A DNA stretch of 64,000 nucleotides from assembly GCA_036377775.1 (NCBI GenBank), contig DASUXT010000058.1:5880-69879 (forward strand), read 5' to 3'. Below, piece by piece: positions 10,729 through 21,149 of the stretch (position 1 is its first letter; each line of letters starts with the position of its first letter). The stretch is from Gemmatimonadaceae bacterium. Its GTDB lineage: Bacteria; Gemmatimonadota; Gemmatimonadetes; Gemmatimonadales; Gemmatimonadaceae. Under the pieces are notes generated by a model that did not search any database, was not told the DNA's origin, and was given only the letters and a program-made list of their open reading frames with translations. The position numbers and the translations under genes were made by a program.

Positions 10729-11907
10729 CTAGGGCGCGACGTTGCGCGCGGCAAGCGCTTCGGCGAGGCGCGCCTTCAGTGCCGCACGCTCAGCGGAGTA
10801 GTGCACCTCGTCGAGCGTCGTGTCGCCCGCCTCGTGGCGCGCATCGAGCGCGGCGATCGCTGCGACGAGCGACTCGGCAGTGGCAGGCGCATCCATCGTC
10901 GCGCCGGTCGCGCGGGGCGCGCGAGGCGCGCGGCGCGAGAGCGCACGCCAGAGGGCGCCGATCATGGCGAGCACGATCACCACCGCCACGGCGATCAGCA
11001 CGTTCACGCGCGTCGCGCCGGCGGCGGTGGGGACATCGATACGGATCGTTTCGCCGGCCGGTGCGCCCTGGGCAAGGAAGCGCTTGAAGGTGCGTCCCTG
11101 CGTGGTCACCGAGCCCTGCGCGCGAAGCGAGGGCCCGCGGGCCTGCGCCGCCTGCTCCTCGAGCAGCACCTCGAAGACGCCGGTCTGCCGCGCGAGGACG
11201 ACGTTCAGCGGGAACGCGCCGTCCTTCAGCACGTAGCTGAAGCTCAGCTGCTTCACGCCCGGCCCGAAGGGGGCGAACAGCTCGACGCCGTTGCCGCGCC
11301 GCACGATGGCCGATGCGGCGACGTCCCCCTGGCCGGGTGCGAAGTCGGTCGCATCGGGCGGCAGCGATGCGGACCACAGGGGCGTGAGGGAATCGCGCGG
11401 CACGAGGGTCGCCGTCGTGTCGTTCGACAGCTCGTACACCTCGACAATCTCGCGCCCGCCGTTCGCGTTGGGCGCGCTGACGACGATGTGGTGCCCCTGA
11501 ATGGTGAGCGTGACCGGGCGGCTCGTCGTATCGAAGACGGTGATCTCGGCGTCGTCCCCTTCCACGCGCTCTCCGCGAAGGGGAGCGGTGAAGTAGGCAA
11601 TTCCCCGGTACACGGCGGCAGCGAAGTACAGGGCATCCTGGCTGCCGAAGCGCGTGTAGTGCACCGTGTACCGGCCGCGGGCGTCGGTGCGCACCGAGTC
11701 GAGTGGGCCCGCGCTGTCCGGCCCGACGCGGTGCACGGTGACGAAGATGCCGGGGACCGGCGTCTCCTGCTGCGGCGAGGGCACGACGACACGGCCCGAT
11801 ACGACGGCAGGCGTCGGGGGCTGGTTGGCGAGCGTGTCCTGCGCCCGCGCCGCGCCCGGCGCGAGCAGCGCGAGCAGCGTGACGGTCGAACGCGCGGCGC
11901 GGCGCAC
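10729..11907 (-). CDS. Hypothetical membrane-anchored secreted protein with an N-terminal carboxypeptidase-regulatory-like domain
   Basis: The GTG at 11907 gives the signal peptide VRRAARSTVTLLALLAPGAARAQ. This is followed by VVSGRVVVP...GIFVTVHRVGP...TDARGRYTVHY, a single C-terminal TM helix (VNVLIAVAVVIVLAMIGALW) and a helical cytoplasmic tail. The track start at 11976 would overlap the upstream gene. Confidence 0.6.
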   Translation of the reverse strand: MRRAARSTVTLLALLAPGAARAQDTLANQPPTPAVVSGRVVVPSPQQETPVPGIFVTVHRVGPDSAGPLDSVRTDARGRYTVHYTRFGSQDALYFAAAVYRGIAYFTAPLRGERVEGDDAEITVFDTTSRPVTLTIQGHHIVVSAPNANGGREIVEVYELSNDTTATLVPRDSLTPLWSASLPPDATDFAPGQGDVAASAIVRRGNGVELFAPFGPGVKQLSFSYVLKDGAFPLNVVLARQTGVFEVLLEEQAAQARGPSLRAQGSVTTQGRTFKRFLAQGAPAGETIRIDVPTAAGATRVNVLIAVAVVIVLAMIGALWRALSRRAPRAPRATGATMDAPATAESLVAAIAALDARHEAGDTTLDEVHYSAERAALKARLAEALAARNVAP

Positions 11908-11911
11908 GCGA

Positions 11912-12445
11912 TCAGGGATTGAACTTGCCGAAATCTTCAGGCCGCAGGTTCTCCAGGTAGGCCTTGAGCTGCTCACTCGTCAGCTCGCCCTCGCTGACGA
12001 CCGCGTCGCTGCCGCCGCCGAACTCGGCCTCGTCCCCTTCCTCCTCGGCCGTCTCCTCGCCGGGCTCGATGAGGAGCTGCTCGGCGGCGTAGATGGGTGC
12101 GTCGAGGCGGAGCGCGATGGCGATGCCATCCGAGGGACGTGCGTCGATGCGCGCGAGGGTTTCACCATGCTGCAGGTGAAGCTCGGCGTAGTACGTCTGC
12201 TTCTCGACGCGCGTGATCTGCACGCGGCGCAGCTGCGCATCCATCCCCATGATCAGGCTGCGCATGAGGTCATGGGTGATCGGGCGCGGCCGCTTCACGT
12301 TGTGCATGTGCATCACGATCGACTCCGCCTCCGGCTGGCCGATCCAGATGGGAAGCAGCCGCGTGCCACCGCGCTCCTGGAGGATGACGACGTAGCTGTT
12401 GTTGGTGCTGTCGAGGCCGAGCCGCGACACGAAGACTTCGATCAT
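11912..12445 (-). CDS. Bifunctional nuclease family protein (DUF151) with a UVR-like C-terminal tail
   Basis: ATG at 12445: MIEVFVSRLGLDSTNNSYVVILQERGGTRLLPIWIGQPEAESIVMHMHNVKRPRPITHDLM...YYAELHL...IDARPSDGIAIALR. Confidence 0.82.
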   Translation of the reverse strand: MIEVFVSRLGLDSTNNSYVVILQERGGTRLLPIWIGQPEAESIVMHMHNVKRPRPITHDLMRSLIMGMDAQLRRVQITRVEKQTYYAELHLQHGETLARIDARPSDGIAIALRLDAPIYAAEQLLIEPGEETAEEEGDEAEFGGGSDAVVSEGELTSEQLKAYLENLRPEDFGKFNP

Positions 12446-12501
12446 GATCCTCCTGCCTCGCCGGTGGGAGTGCGCTTCACCCCCACCGGCGGTCCAGCGT
12501 G

Positions 12502-13677
<1,176 letters not shown>

Positions 13678-13706
13678 AGGCGGGTTCCCCACTGAGCGTT
13701 GGAGAG

Positions 13707-13740
13707 GAAGAAAGAAGGCCCGACACCATGCTGCCGGGCC
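13707..13740 (-). terminator. Rho-independent terminator downstream of ptsI
   Basis: Minus-strand RNA GGCCCGGCA-GCAUGG-UGUCGGGCC forms a 9-bp stem including one G-U pair, followed by UUCUUUCUU. Confidence 0.7.
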
Positions 13741-13781
13741 CGCAACGCCGTCGGGCGACGGCGACGCCGAAAGAAAGCCGG

Positions 13782-15554
13782 TCAGCCTGCGGCGGGCAAG
13801 CCGTCGTAGAGGTACGGAGCGTCGCCGATCGCGGCGCCGAGGGTGCGCGCCAGTTCGCCGCGCGCCTCCTCGGCGGTTCGCGCGTCGAGCGCTGCCGCGG
13901 CGGCCAGCTGCGCCTGCTGGAAGGTCACGCCGCGCACGATGCGCTTCACGAGCGGCACCGATCGCGGCGCCACGCTGAGCTGCCGCACGCCGAGCCCGAT
14001 GAGGGCAAAGGCCATCAGCGGCTGCGAGGCCATCTCGCCGCAGACGCCGACATCGATCTCCGCCTCGTCGGCGACATCGACCGTGCGGCGGATGAGCTGG
14101 AGCACGGCCGGATGCAGCGGCGTGAATCGCTCGGCGAGGTTCGCGTTGCCGCGGTCCACCGCCAGCGTGTACTGCACGAGGTCGTTCGTGCCGATGCTGA
14201 AGAAATCCACGTCGTCGGCGAAGGTGTGCGCGGCGACGGCGGCGGCCGGCGTCTCGATCATGATGCCGAGCGGCACGTCGGTCCGGTGCTCGACACCGCG
14301 GGCCTTCAGCTCCTCGGCCGCTTCTGCCAGCAGCGCACGCGCCGCGACCACCTCGTCGAGGGTGACGACGAGGGGGAGCATGATCCGCAGGTCTCCGTGC
14401 ACCGCCGCCCGAAGCAGCGCACGGAGCTGCACGCGGAAGAGATCGGGCCGGTCGATGCACATGCGGATGGCGCGCCATCCCAGGAAGGGATTGGGCTCGG
14501 TGGGATAGCCGCCCACCGGCAGCTTGTCGCCGCCGATGTCGAACGTCCGGATGACCACCGGCTTGCCGGCGAACGCCTCCACCACGCGGCGATACGCGCG
14601 GTACTGTTCGTCCTCGTCCGGCATCGCCGCGCGCCCGACGACGAGGAACTCCGTGCGCATCAGCCCCACGCCCTCGGCACCGCTGCGCGTGGCGGCTTCG
14701 GCTTCCTCCGGAATGTCCACGTTCGCTCGCAGCGTGATGCGGACCCCATCCAGCGTGACCGACTCGAGCGCCGCGAGGTCGGCGAGCGATGCCTCCGCCA
14801 GCTCCTCCTGGCGCTGGCGCTCGTGGTACGCCTCGATCTCCTCGTCGGTCGGGTTGATGGCGAGCATGCCGGTGCCACCGTCGAGCACGACGCGCTCGCC
14901 CCCGGAGAGCTCGGACGTGGCCGTGCGCAACCCGACGACGGCGGGCAGCCCGAGCGAGCGCGCGAGGATCGCGACGTGCGACGTGCGCGTGCCGGCGTCG
15001 GTAGCGATCGCCGCGATCGCCGCGCGGTCGAGCTGCACGGTGAGGCTCGGCGTGAGGTCGTGCGTGACGAGGATGGCTCGCGCGCCCGGAGGCAGGTCCA
15101 CCGGGTCGTGGTCCGGCAGCCCGAGCAGCAGCGACAGCACGCGGATGTGGACGTCGGTGAGGTCACCGACGCGCTCGCGCAGCATCGGCGCGGAATGGCG
15201 CGCGAAGCGCGTGCGCCACTCGAGCATCACGAGGTCGAACGCCTTTTCCGCCCCGAGGTTCTGGCGGATCAGCTCCTCGACGCCGCGCATGAGCTCCTGG
15301 TCGTCCATGATGGACAGTTGCACGTCGAAGATGGCGGCCTCCTCAGGGCCCGCCGCCGCCTCGACCCGTGCCCTGAGGAGACGAAGGCGCTCCTTCGCCC
15401 GCTCGATCGCGGTGTGCAGCCGCGCGATCTCCTCGCGGATGTGCTCGTCCGAGATGATCCGATGGCGGACGTCGGGCACCTCCCAGCGCAGGAGGTGCAC
15501 CCGGCCGACGACGATGCCCGGCGATGCGGGAATGCCTCGGATCTGCCGCTCCAC
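13782..15554 (-). CDS. ptsI: Phosphoenolpyruvate-protein phosphotransferase (PTS Enzyme I)
   Basis: The GTG at 15554 overlaps the HPr stop (TAGTG): [22 protein letters not shown]. Also present are [27 protein letters not shown] (active-site His region) and [15 protein letters not shown]. Confidence 0.9.
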   Translation of the reverse strand: MERQIRGIPASPGIVVGRVHLLRWEVPDVRHRIISDEHIREEIARLHTAIERAKERLRLLRARVEAAAGPEEAAIFDVQLSIMDDQELMRGVEELIRQNLGAEKAFDLVMLEWRTRFARHSAPMLRERVGDLTDVHIRVLSLLLGLPDHDPVDLPPGARAILVTHDLTPSLTVQLDRAAIAAIATDAGTRTSHVAILARSLGLPAVVGLRTATSELSGGERVVLDGGTGMLAINPTDEEIEAYHERQRQEELAEASLADLAALESVTLDGVRITLRANVDIPEEAEAATRSGAEGVGLMRTEFLVVGRAAMPDEDEQYRAYRRVVEAFAGKPVVIRTFDIGGDKLPVGGYPTEPNPFLGWRAIRMCIDRPDLFRVQLRALLRAAVHGDLRIMLPLVVTLDEVVAARALLAEAAEELKARGVEHRTDVPLGIMIETPAAAVAAHTFADDVDFFSIGTNDLVQYTLAVDRGNANLAERFTPLHPAVLQLIRRTVDVADEAEIDVGVCGEMASQPLMAFALIGLGVRQLSVAPRSVPLVKRIVRGVTFQQAQLAAAAALDARTAEEARGELARTLGAAIGDAPYLYDGLPAAG

Positions 15555-15820
15555 TAGCGCTCTCCGAACCGGTTGGCGATGAGGGTGGCGAGCGCGTTCA
15601 CCGCTGCTTCCGCGTCCGGCCCGTCGGCACGAAGCACCAGGGATGATCCGCACTCGGCGGCGAGCATCATCACGCCCATGATGCTCTTGCCATTGACCTC
15701 CATGCCGTCCTTCACGAGGGTGATCTCGCTCTGGAAGCCGGCAGAGATCTTCACGATCTCGGCCGCCGGCCTGGCGTGGAGCCCATTCTTGTTGACGATC
15801 TGCACCGTTCGTTCGACCAT
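15554..15820 (-). CDS. ptsH: Phosphocarrier protein HPr
   Basis: 88 aa, MVERTVQIVNKNGLHARPAAEIV...NGKSIMGVM. Both His15 and Ser46 sit in their canonical contexts. Confidence 0.92.
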   Translation of the reverse strand: MVERTVQIVNKNGLHARPAAEIVKISAGFQSEITLVKDGMEVNGKSIMGVMMLAAECGSSLVLRADGPDAEAAVNALATLIANRFGER

Positions 15821-16614
15821 CAGCGAGCCACCGAGAGTAGGGCGAAAAGGGCGATCAGGATCAGCGCGAGCTTGTAGGCTTCCACCCGCACGTGCACGCG
15901 CACGAGCAGCACGGACAGGAGCGCCGCGCCGAGCAGGACGATGGTGAGCAACGACGGACCGCCCGCGAGGACGCGCGCCGCGGCGAGCGGGAGCGCGACG
16001 CCGGCTGCGGCCGCCGCGGCGCGCCCCAGGTGCGCCGGGCCTCCGCGGAGGAGCGGATTGCCCAGTGCGGGGGCGACAGCAAGACCGCGCGTCCAGCCGA
16101 CGCGAAGTCCCCAGATGCGCAGCGCGAAATGTCCGGCGTTGTACAGCGCCAGGAAGAGGCAGACGACGACCAGTGGGCGCGCACCGAGGCCGAACGCCGC
16201 CAGCGACACGAGCGAGGTGAAGGGGAGCCATCCCGCCCACACCAGCCGGTCCCCCACGCTGCCGAGCGGTCCGGCGAGCGCCGTGCGAAATCGCTCGATC
16301 CGGTCGGCGGGAACGCCGGACAGCTCGGCGCGCGCGAGGGCACCCACTGCCACGGACGCCAGATACGGATGCGCGTTGAAGTACGCACTCTCGCGCGCCA
16401 TGGCCTCCTTGAATGCGGCACCGTGCACGCCGCCGGGCAGCTGTCGGAGCGCCGGTTCCACGCAGAAGCCGATCCCGTTGCCGAGCAGCGTCTCGTAGTT
16501 CCACGCGCCCTGGATCGCCAGCAGCCGCAGGAAGATGCTGAGCCAGGTCGTCGCCGGGAGCGACGGCGTAGGCGCCGGCGCCGGCGTAGCGGTACTGATC
16601 GCGGGCGCCGTCAT
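15820..16614 (-). CDS. PTS mannose/fructose/sorbose-family EIID component
   Basis: ATG at 16614, with LRLLAIQGAWNYETLLGNGIGFCVEPAL...YFNAHPYLASVAVGAL typical of EIID-Man. Overlaps the neighbouring genes. Confidence 0.8.
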   Translation of the reverse strand: MTAPAISTATPAPAPTPSLPATTWLSIFLRLLAIQGAWNYETLLGNGIGFCVEPALRQLPGGVHGAAFKEAMARESAYFNAHPYLASVAVGALARAELSGVPADRIERFRTALAGPLGSVGDRLVWAGWLPFTSLVSLAAFGLGARPLVVVCLFLALYNAGHFALRIWGLRVGWTRGLAVAPALGNPLLRGGPAHLGRAAAAAAGVALPLAAARVLAGGPSLLTIVLLGAALLSVLLVRVHVRVEAYKLALILIALFALLSVAR

Positions 16615-17288
16615 CTCGCGAACAGGAGGAGGAGGCCCGCGACCACGCCGCCGGCGAAGTACCAGCGCGCACCGCGAGCCGAATGGAAGATCACCCACGC
16701 CGCGCTCGCCGCGACCGAGGTAGCGAGCATCATCACCACGCTCCGCGAGAGCGGGCCGCTGAATGACCAATGGACGGCCAGACGGGCGGCGAGGGGAAAG
16801 AACAGCGCGTACGCGACGGCCGTGAGCAGTCCCGCGCGCACCAGGTCGCCCGTCAGCCCCGCGAGCTGCAGGCCGATCACCGTGCCACGCGCGCCCGCGT
16901 CGAGCGCGTGCCGCCGGTGGCGCGCGAGACGCGCATTCCACTGCCGGAGCTTCACCAGCGTCCACCCGCCGACCCACGCCGTGCCAAGGGCGCTGAGCAC
17001 GCCAAGCGTGACGACGCCGGCCCGATCGGCGGGGAGCGTGGCGGACAGCGCGCCGCCGACGACGGCAGCCGAGCCCCACTCGGGATAGCGCGAGGCGCCG
17101 AAGGGAAGCGTGGCGATGGCGATCAGCTCGAGCACCACCCCGACGAGCATGCCGCGCATCGCGTCGCCGACGAACGCGCCCGCGAGGGTCGCCGCCACGA
17201 GCGGGCGCGAGTACATCATCTGCGGAAAGCAGACGACGTCGAGCCCGACGACCGCGCCGAGCAACGAGAGCGGCAGGAGCTCCCTCAC
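16611..17288 (-). CDS. PTS mannose-family EIIC component
   Basis: 225-aa polytopic membrane protein in the IIC position between IIB and IID (MRELLPLSLLGAVVGLDVVCFPQMMYSRPLVAATLAG...). Confidence 0.75.
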   Translation of the reverse strand: MRELLPLSLLGAVVGLDVVCFPQMMYSRPLVAATLAGAFVGDAMRGMLVGVVLELIAIATLPFGASRYPEWGSAAVVGGALSATLPADRAGVVTLGVLSALGTAWVGGWTLVKLRQWNARLARHRRHALDAGARGTVIGLQLAGLTGDLVRAGLLTAVAYALFFPLAARLAVHWSFSGPLSRSVVMMLATSVAASAAWVIFHSARGARWYFAGGVVAGLLLLFAR

Positions 17289-17773
17289 CCGCCCTCCCGC
17301 GCCGCGAGGAGCTCCTCGAGGGGAACGGCGCGCGCTGCCGGCACGTCCTGCGCCGTCACCACCGCGCCCTGCTCCGCGATCTCACGCAGTGCCTGCTCCT
17401 CGGCGGGCGTCAGGAAGACGTAACGCAGGTGCTGCGCGCGACCGGCGCGATGATGGATGCCTCCGACGTTCACTTCCCGCACCCCCGCTTCGGCGACGAG
17501 GCGGCACATCGTCGCGATGTCGCCCGTGAGGAGGATGCCGGCGCGCGGCTCGGCGCGGAAGCGATCGAGGTGCTGCGCCGCGTCGGCCACGGAAAGGAAG
17601 CGGACCTCCATCTCCGGCGGCACGCCCATGCGGTAGAGCTCCTGCTCCCAGTCGCTCGCCGCCACCGCGTCGTCGACGAGCACGATGAAGTGGACGTCGA
17701 GCGGCTGTCCCCAGCCCACGACCACCTGGCCATGGATCAGCCGGTCGTCGATGCGGTTGAGGACGAGGGTCAC
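17285..17773 (-). CDS. PTS mannose-family EIIB component
   Basis: MTLVLNRIDDRLIHGQVVVGW contains the conserved phospho-His motif of EIIB-Man. Confidence 0.85.
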   Translation of the reverse strand: MTLVLNRIDDRLIHGQVVVGWGQPLDVHFIVLVDDAVAASDWEQELYRMGVPPEMEVRFLSVADAAQHLDRFRAEPRAGILLTGDIATMCRLVAEAGVREVNVGGIHHRAGRAQHLRYVFLTPAEEQALREIAEQGAVVTAQDVPAARAVPLEELLAAREGG

Positions 17774-18162
17774 GACTGTCCCCCGTGGACGCTCACCGCG
17801 GCGCGCCCGCGTTCCGCGGCCGCCATGGCGGCCGCGACCGGATCGGGCTCGGCGGAGAGGACGAAGTCGAGGAGCATGGGCAGGTTGGCGCCAGCCACCA
17901 GCACGGCACCCGGTACCTCACGCAGCACGCGCCGCGCCGCCATGGTGCAGCTTCCCGCCTGGAGGTCGGTGAAGATCACCAGTGCGCCAGTCTCTTCCAG
18001 CCGGGCGCGCAGCAGCGCCTGGATGTCCTCGCCGCAGAGCCCGCGCACCTGGATCGGCACGAGGCGGTCGCCATGGCCCGCAATCGCCTCCACTGCCGAC
18101 GTGAGCCCCGCCGCAAAGTCGGCGTGCCCGGCGACGATGGCGAGCTTCACGCCGTTACTCAT
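17770..18162 (-). CDS. PTS mannose-family EIIA component
   Basis: KLAIVAGHADFAAGL (active-site His near the N-terminus) and ...VIFTDLQAGSC, as in EIIA-Man. Confidence 0.8.
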   Translation of the reverse strand: MSNGVKLAIVAGHADFAAGLTSAVEAIAGHGDRLVPIQVRGLCGEDIQALLRARLEETGALVIFTDLQAGSCTMAARRVLREVPGAVLVAGANLPMLLDFVLSAEPDPVAAAMAAAERGRAAVSVHGGQS

Positions 18163-19126
18163 GATCCTCGCGCAGGTAGCGGTGGATCTCGGACTTGTTG
18201 CGCATCTCCTTCAACAATCGCGCATTGAAGCGCTCCGCGGGATCGATGCCACTGAACTTGAGCAGGTGATGCATGGCGATCACCTCGGCGATCACCGTGA
18301 TGTTCTTGCCCGGATTGAGCGGGATCGTGATGCGTGGCAGCGAGACGCCGAGAATGTCGGTCGTCTCGCCGTCGAGGCCCGTGCGCTCGACCGGCGCGTC
18401 CTGGTGCCACTCCTCGAGCTGGACGACCACCTCGATGCGCTTCTGCTGCCGCACCGCGCGCACGCCGAAGATGGCGGGGATGTCGACGAGTCCGACGCCG
18501 CGGATCTCCATGTAGTGCCGCTGCAGCTCGTGCCCGCGCCCGATCAGGATGTCGCTCCCCTTCCGCCGCACGATGACGAGATCATCGGCGACGAGCCGGT
18601 GCCCCCGCTCCACGAGATCGAGCACGCACTCCGACTTGCCGATGCCGCTCTTCCCGATGAAGAGCAGTCCGACACCGGAGACGTCCGCCAGCGAGCCGTG
18701 CAGCGTGGTCTGCGGGGCGAACCAGTCCTCGAGCCACGGCTTGATGCGCGTGTAGAACTCGTGGGTCTTGAGTGACGAGCGCAGCACACCGACGCCGGCG
18801 TTGCGCGCCTCGTCCACGATCTCCGGCGCGAGCTCGAGCCCCTTCGTGACGAACACGCACGGAATCGGGAAGCTGAAGAACTGCGCGAGATGCTCGCGCC
18901 GCGTGCGCGCGTCGAGCGAGTGGAGGTACGTCACCTCCGTCTCGCCGAACACCTGGAGCCGCTCGGCGGCGAAACGAGCCACGAAGCCGGCGAGGGCGAG
19001 CCCGGGGCTCGACACGTCGGAACCCGGCACGATGCGCTCCATCCCCTCCGTGCCCGGCACGCGCTCGAGCTCGAGCGCGTCGCGAAGCTGATCGTACAGG
19101 TCGCCGACTCGAAGTGTCGGGCTCAT
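18155..19126 (-). CDS. hprK: HPr kinase/phosphorylase
   Basis: GVGLLFIGKSGIGKSECVLDLVERGHRLVADD (P-loop) and MEIRGVGLVDIPAIFG (signature). Confidence 0.9.
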   Translation of the reverse strand: MSPTLRVGDLYDQLRDALELERVPGTEGMERIVPGSDVSSPGLALAGFVARFAAERLQVFGETEVTYLHSLDARTRREHLAQFFSFPIPCVFVTKGLELAPEIVDEARNAGVGVLRSSLKTHEFYTRIKPWLEDWFAPQTTLHGSLADVSGVGLLFIGKSGIGKSECVLDLVERGHRLVADDLVIVRRKGSDILIGRGHELQRHYMEIRGVGLVDIPAIFGVRAVRQQKRIEVVVQLEEWHQDAPVERTGLDGETTDILGVSLPRITIPLNPGKNITVIAEVIAMHHLLKFSGIDPAERFNARLLKEMRNKSEIHRYLREDHE

Positions 19127-19156
19127 CGGGGGCGGAAAGGTGAGGTTCGCATCAGG

Positions 19157-20263
19157 TCATCGGCCGGTGGCGAGGACACGCTCGAGGTGACGCTCGGTCT
19201 CCTCGGCCGCGCGCTCCCAGGTGAACGTTTCCGCGAAGCCGCGCGCCTGCGCACCGAGGCGCTCCACCAGCGCGCGGTCCGCGGCGAGGCGGCCCATCGC
19301 CGCCGACATGGCGCGAACGTCCCCGTGCGGAACGAGGTAGCCCGTGTCCCCGTCACGCACCGATTCGCGGATGCCGGGCGAGTTGGACGCCACCACCGGT
19401 GTGCCGCACGCGGCTGCCTCGAGGTTGGTGATTCCCCACCCTTCCTTCGGCGACGCGAACACCAGCGCCCACGCCCGCCGCAACAGGGACAGCTTCTCCT
19501 GCTCGCTGACCCGCCCAAGAAACCGCACGCGATCACCGAGGTCAAGCGAGGCGGCCAGCCGTTCCAGCGCAGGGCGATAGTCGCCCGCCCCCGCGATCTC
19601 GAGCGTTGCGGAGGGATGTCCCATCTCCGCGAAGGCGCGAATCACGAAGTGTACGCCCTTGTAGCGCTTGAGCCGGCCGAGATACGCGAACAGCGGCGTA
19701 TCGGCGCGGAGCTCGAGCCGCGGCGTATAGTGAATCGTGTCGATGCCGGGATAGATCACCTCGACGCTCGCGCGCGGAATGCCGCGGTCGGCGAGGTCGG
19801 CCGCCGTGCTCGTGCTGATCGCCTCGAAGGGGACGTGGCGATACACGCGGCCGAGCGGCCGCTCGGCGAGCCACACCGCCGCGGCGAGTGGCGGGGTCAG
19901 CTCCTGGAAGGCGGTGCCGCCGAAGAGGTGCGGCACGAGGGCCACCGGCTTCGGGCCGCCCCACCGCGGCGTTCCCAGCGGGATCTTGTTCACGTCCTCC
20001 ACCAGCAGGTCGAACTGCCCGTTCGCGAGATGCTGGCGGAAGTATCGGCGAGCCAGGAAGGGGAAGCTGTGCCGCGTTCCGACGCGAATGACGTCGATCC
20101 CGTCGAGCCGTGCACGGGGGACGGCGCCTTTCCAGCCCCCGCACAGCAGGGTGACCGCGTGCCCACGCTGCGCGAGGCGGCCGAAGATCTCGTGCAGGTG
20201 GATCTCCGCGCCACCAGCGAGGGGATTCTCACGGTCCTGCCAGTTGACGAGAAGCAGGCGCAC
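19157..20263 (-). CDS. Glycosyltransferase, GT4/GT-B family
   Basis: MRLLLVNWQDRENPLAGGAEIHLHEIFGRLAQRGHAVTLL and a C-terminal EGWGITNLEAAACGTPVVAS motif. Confidence 0.8.
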   Translation of the reverse strand: MRLLLVNWQDRENPLAGGAEIHLHEIFGRLAQRGHAVTLLCGGWKGAVPRARLDGIDVIRVGTRHSFPFLARRYFRQHLANGQFDLLVEDVNKIPLGTPRWGGPKPVALVPHLFGGTAFQELTPPLAAAVWLAERPLGRVYRHVPFEAISTSTAADLADRGIPRASVEVIYPGIDTIHYTPRLELRADTPLFAYLGRLKRYKGVHFVIRAFAEMGHPSATLEIAGAGDYRPALERLAASLDLGDRVRFLGRVSEQEKLSLLRRAWALVFASPKEGWGITNLEAAACGTPVVASNSPGIRESVRDGDTGYLVPHGDVRAMSAAMGRLAADRALVERLGAQARGFAETFTWERAAEETERHLERVLATGR

Positions 20264-20685
20264 TACATGCGCCCCATGCGCCGCGCCAGCGCGTCGAGAA
20301 CACCGTTCACGAACCGCGCGCTCGCCGCGCTGCCGAAGCGCTCGGCGAGCGTGACCGCCTCCTGGATGACGACGCGCGGCGGCGTCTCCCCGAGTGAAAG
20401 CTCGGCCGCGCCGAGGCGAAGGACGCAGCGCTCCACCGCGCCGATGCGCTCGAGCCGCCAGTTGGTGGTCACGTCGGCCAGCTCGTCATCCAGGTCGCGC
20501 TGCCGCTGGGCGACCATGCGCACGAGGGGACCGGCAACGCGCCGCTCGTCGGGCGTGATGGACATGTCGTCCCACACCTGCGTCGCCACCTGCTCGAGGT
20601 TCCCCTCCCCGCCACGCATCTCCCACGCGTAGAGGGCCTGCAGTGCCCGCGCGCGGGCGCGCGTCTCAACTCTCGTCCGCGGCAT
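20263..20685 (-). CDS. nusB: Transcription antitermination factor NusB
   Basis: RARALQALYAWEM...WRLERIGAVERCVLRLGAAEL...PPRVVIQEAVTLAERFG...FVNGVLD. Confidence 0.9.
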   Translation of the reverse strand: MPRTRVETRARARALQALYAWEMRGGEGNLEQVATQVWDDMSITPDERRVAGPLVRMVAQRQRDLDDELADVTTNWRLERIGAVERCVLRLGAAELSLGETPPRVVIQEAVTLAERFGSAASARFVNGVLDALARRMGRM

Positions 20686-21145
20686 CGAGTCGTTCGAAGA
20701 GATCGGTCATCTCGAGCGCGGCGACCGCCGCGTCCCAGCCCTTGTTCCCGTGCTCGCCGCCGGCGCGCGCCTCGGCCTGCGCCATCGTGTCGCAGGTGAG
20801 CAGGCCGAAGCCGATCGGGATGTCGTACTCGCTGCTCGCGTTGGCGAGCCCGCGCGACGCCTCGCCCGCCACGTAGTCGAAGTGCGGCGTGTCGCCGCGG
20901 ATCACGGCGCCGAGCACGACGAGCGCGTTGTAGCGCTCCGTGGCGGCGAGCCGGCGCGCGGCGAAAGGCAGCTCCCACGCCCCGGGTACCCACACGACGT
21001 CCACGTCGTCCACGGCGCAGCCGTGGCGGACGAGGGCGTCCATCGCGCCGTCGGCGAGTTTCTGCGTGATGTGCTCGTTGAAGCGCGACACGAGCACGGC
21101 GAAGCGACGTCCCTCGCCGTCGGGCCTTCCGGTGAATTCTGCCAT
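20666..21145 (-). CDS. ribH: 6,7-dimethyl-8-ribityllumazine synthase
   Basis: FAVLVSRFNEHITQKLADGA...VWVPGAWELPFAA...LGAVIRGDTPHFDYV. Confidence 0.92.
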   Translation of the reverse strand: MAEFTGRPDGEGRRFAVLVSRFNEHITQKLADGAMDALVRHGCAVDDVDVVWVPGAWELPFAARRLAATERYNALVVLGAVIRGDTPHFDYVAGEASRGLANASSEYDIPIGFGLLTCDTMAQAEARAGGEHGNKGWDAAVAALEMTDLFERLDAADES

Positions 21146-21149
21146 TCGA

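Noticed and set aside
13678-13781. SAM riboswitch upstream of metK
   Set aside because: The 104-nt spacer contains only two simple hairpins, one of them the ptsI terminator. I could not find the conserved SAM-I, SAM-II or SAM/SAH core sequences. A covariance-model scan would be needed to be definitive.
13728-15557. 609-aa plus-strand ORF, and the similar long plus-strand ORFs at 6131..7969, 9165..10430, 10258..11922, 21229-region, 27299..28783, 37806..40319, 40277..41620, 49815..51491, 54055..55953 and 61509..62600
   Set aside because: All are antisense to confidently identified minus-strand genes. All have the biased R/A/G/H/D composition typical of reverse-frame translation in high-GC DNA.
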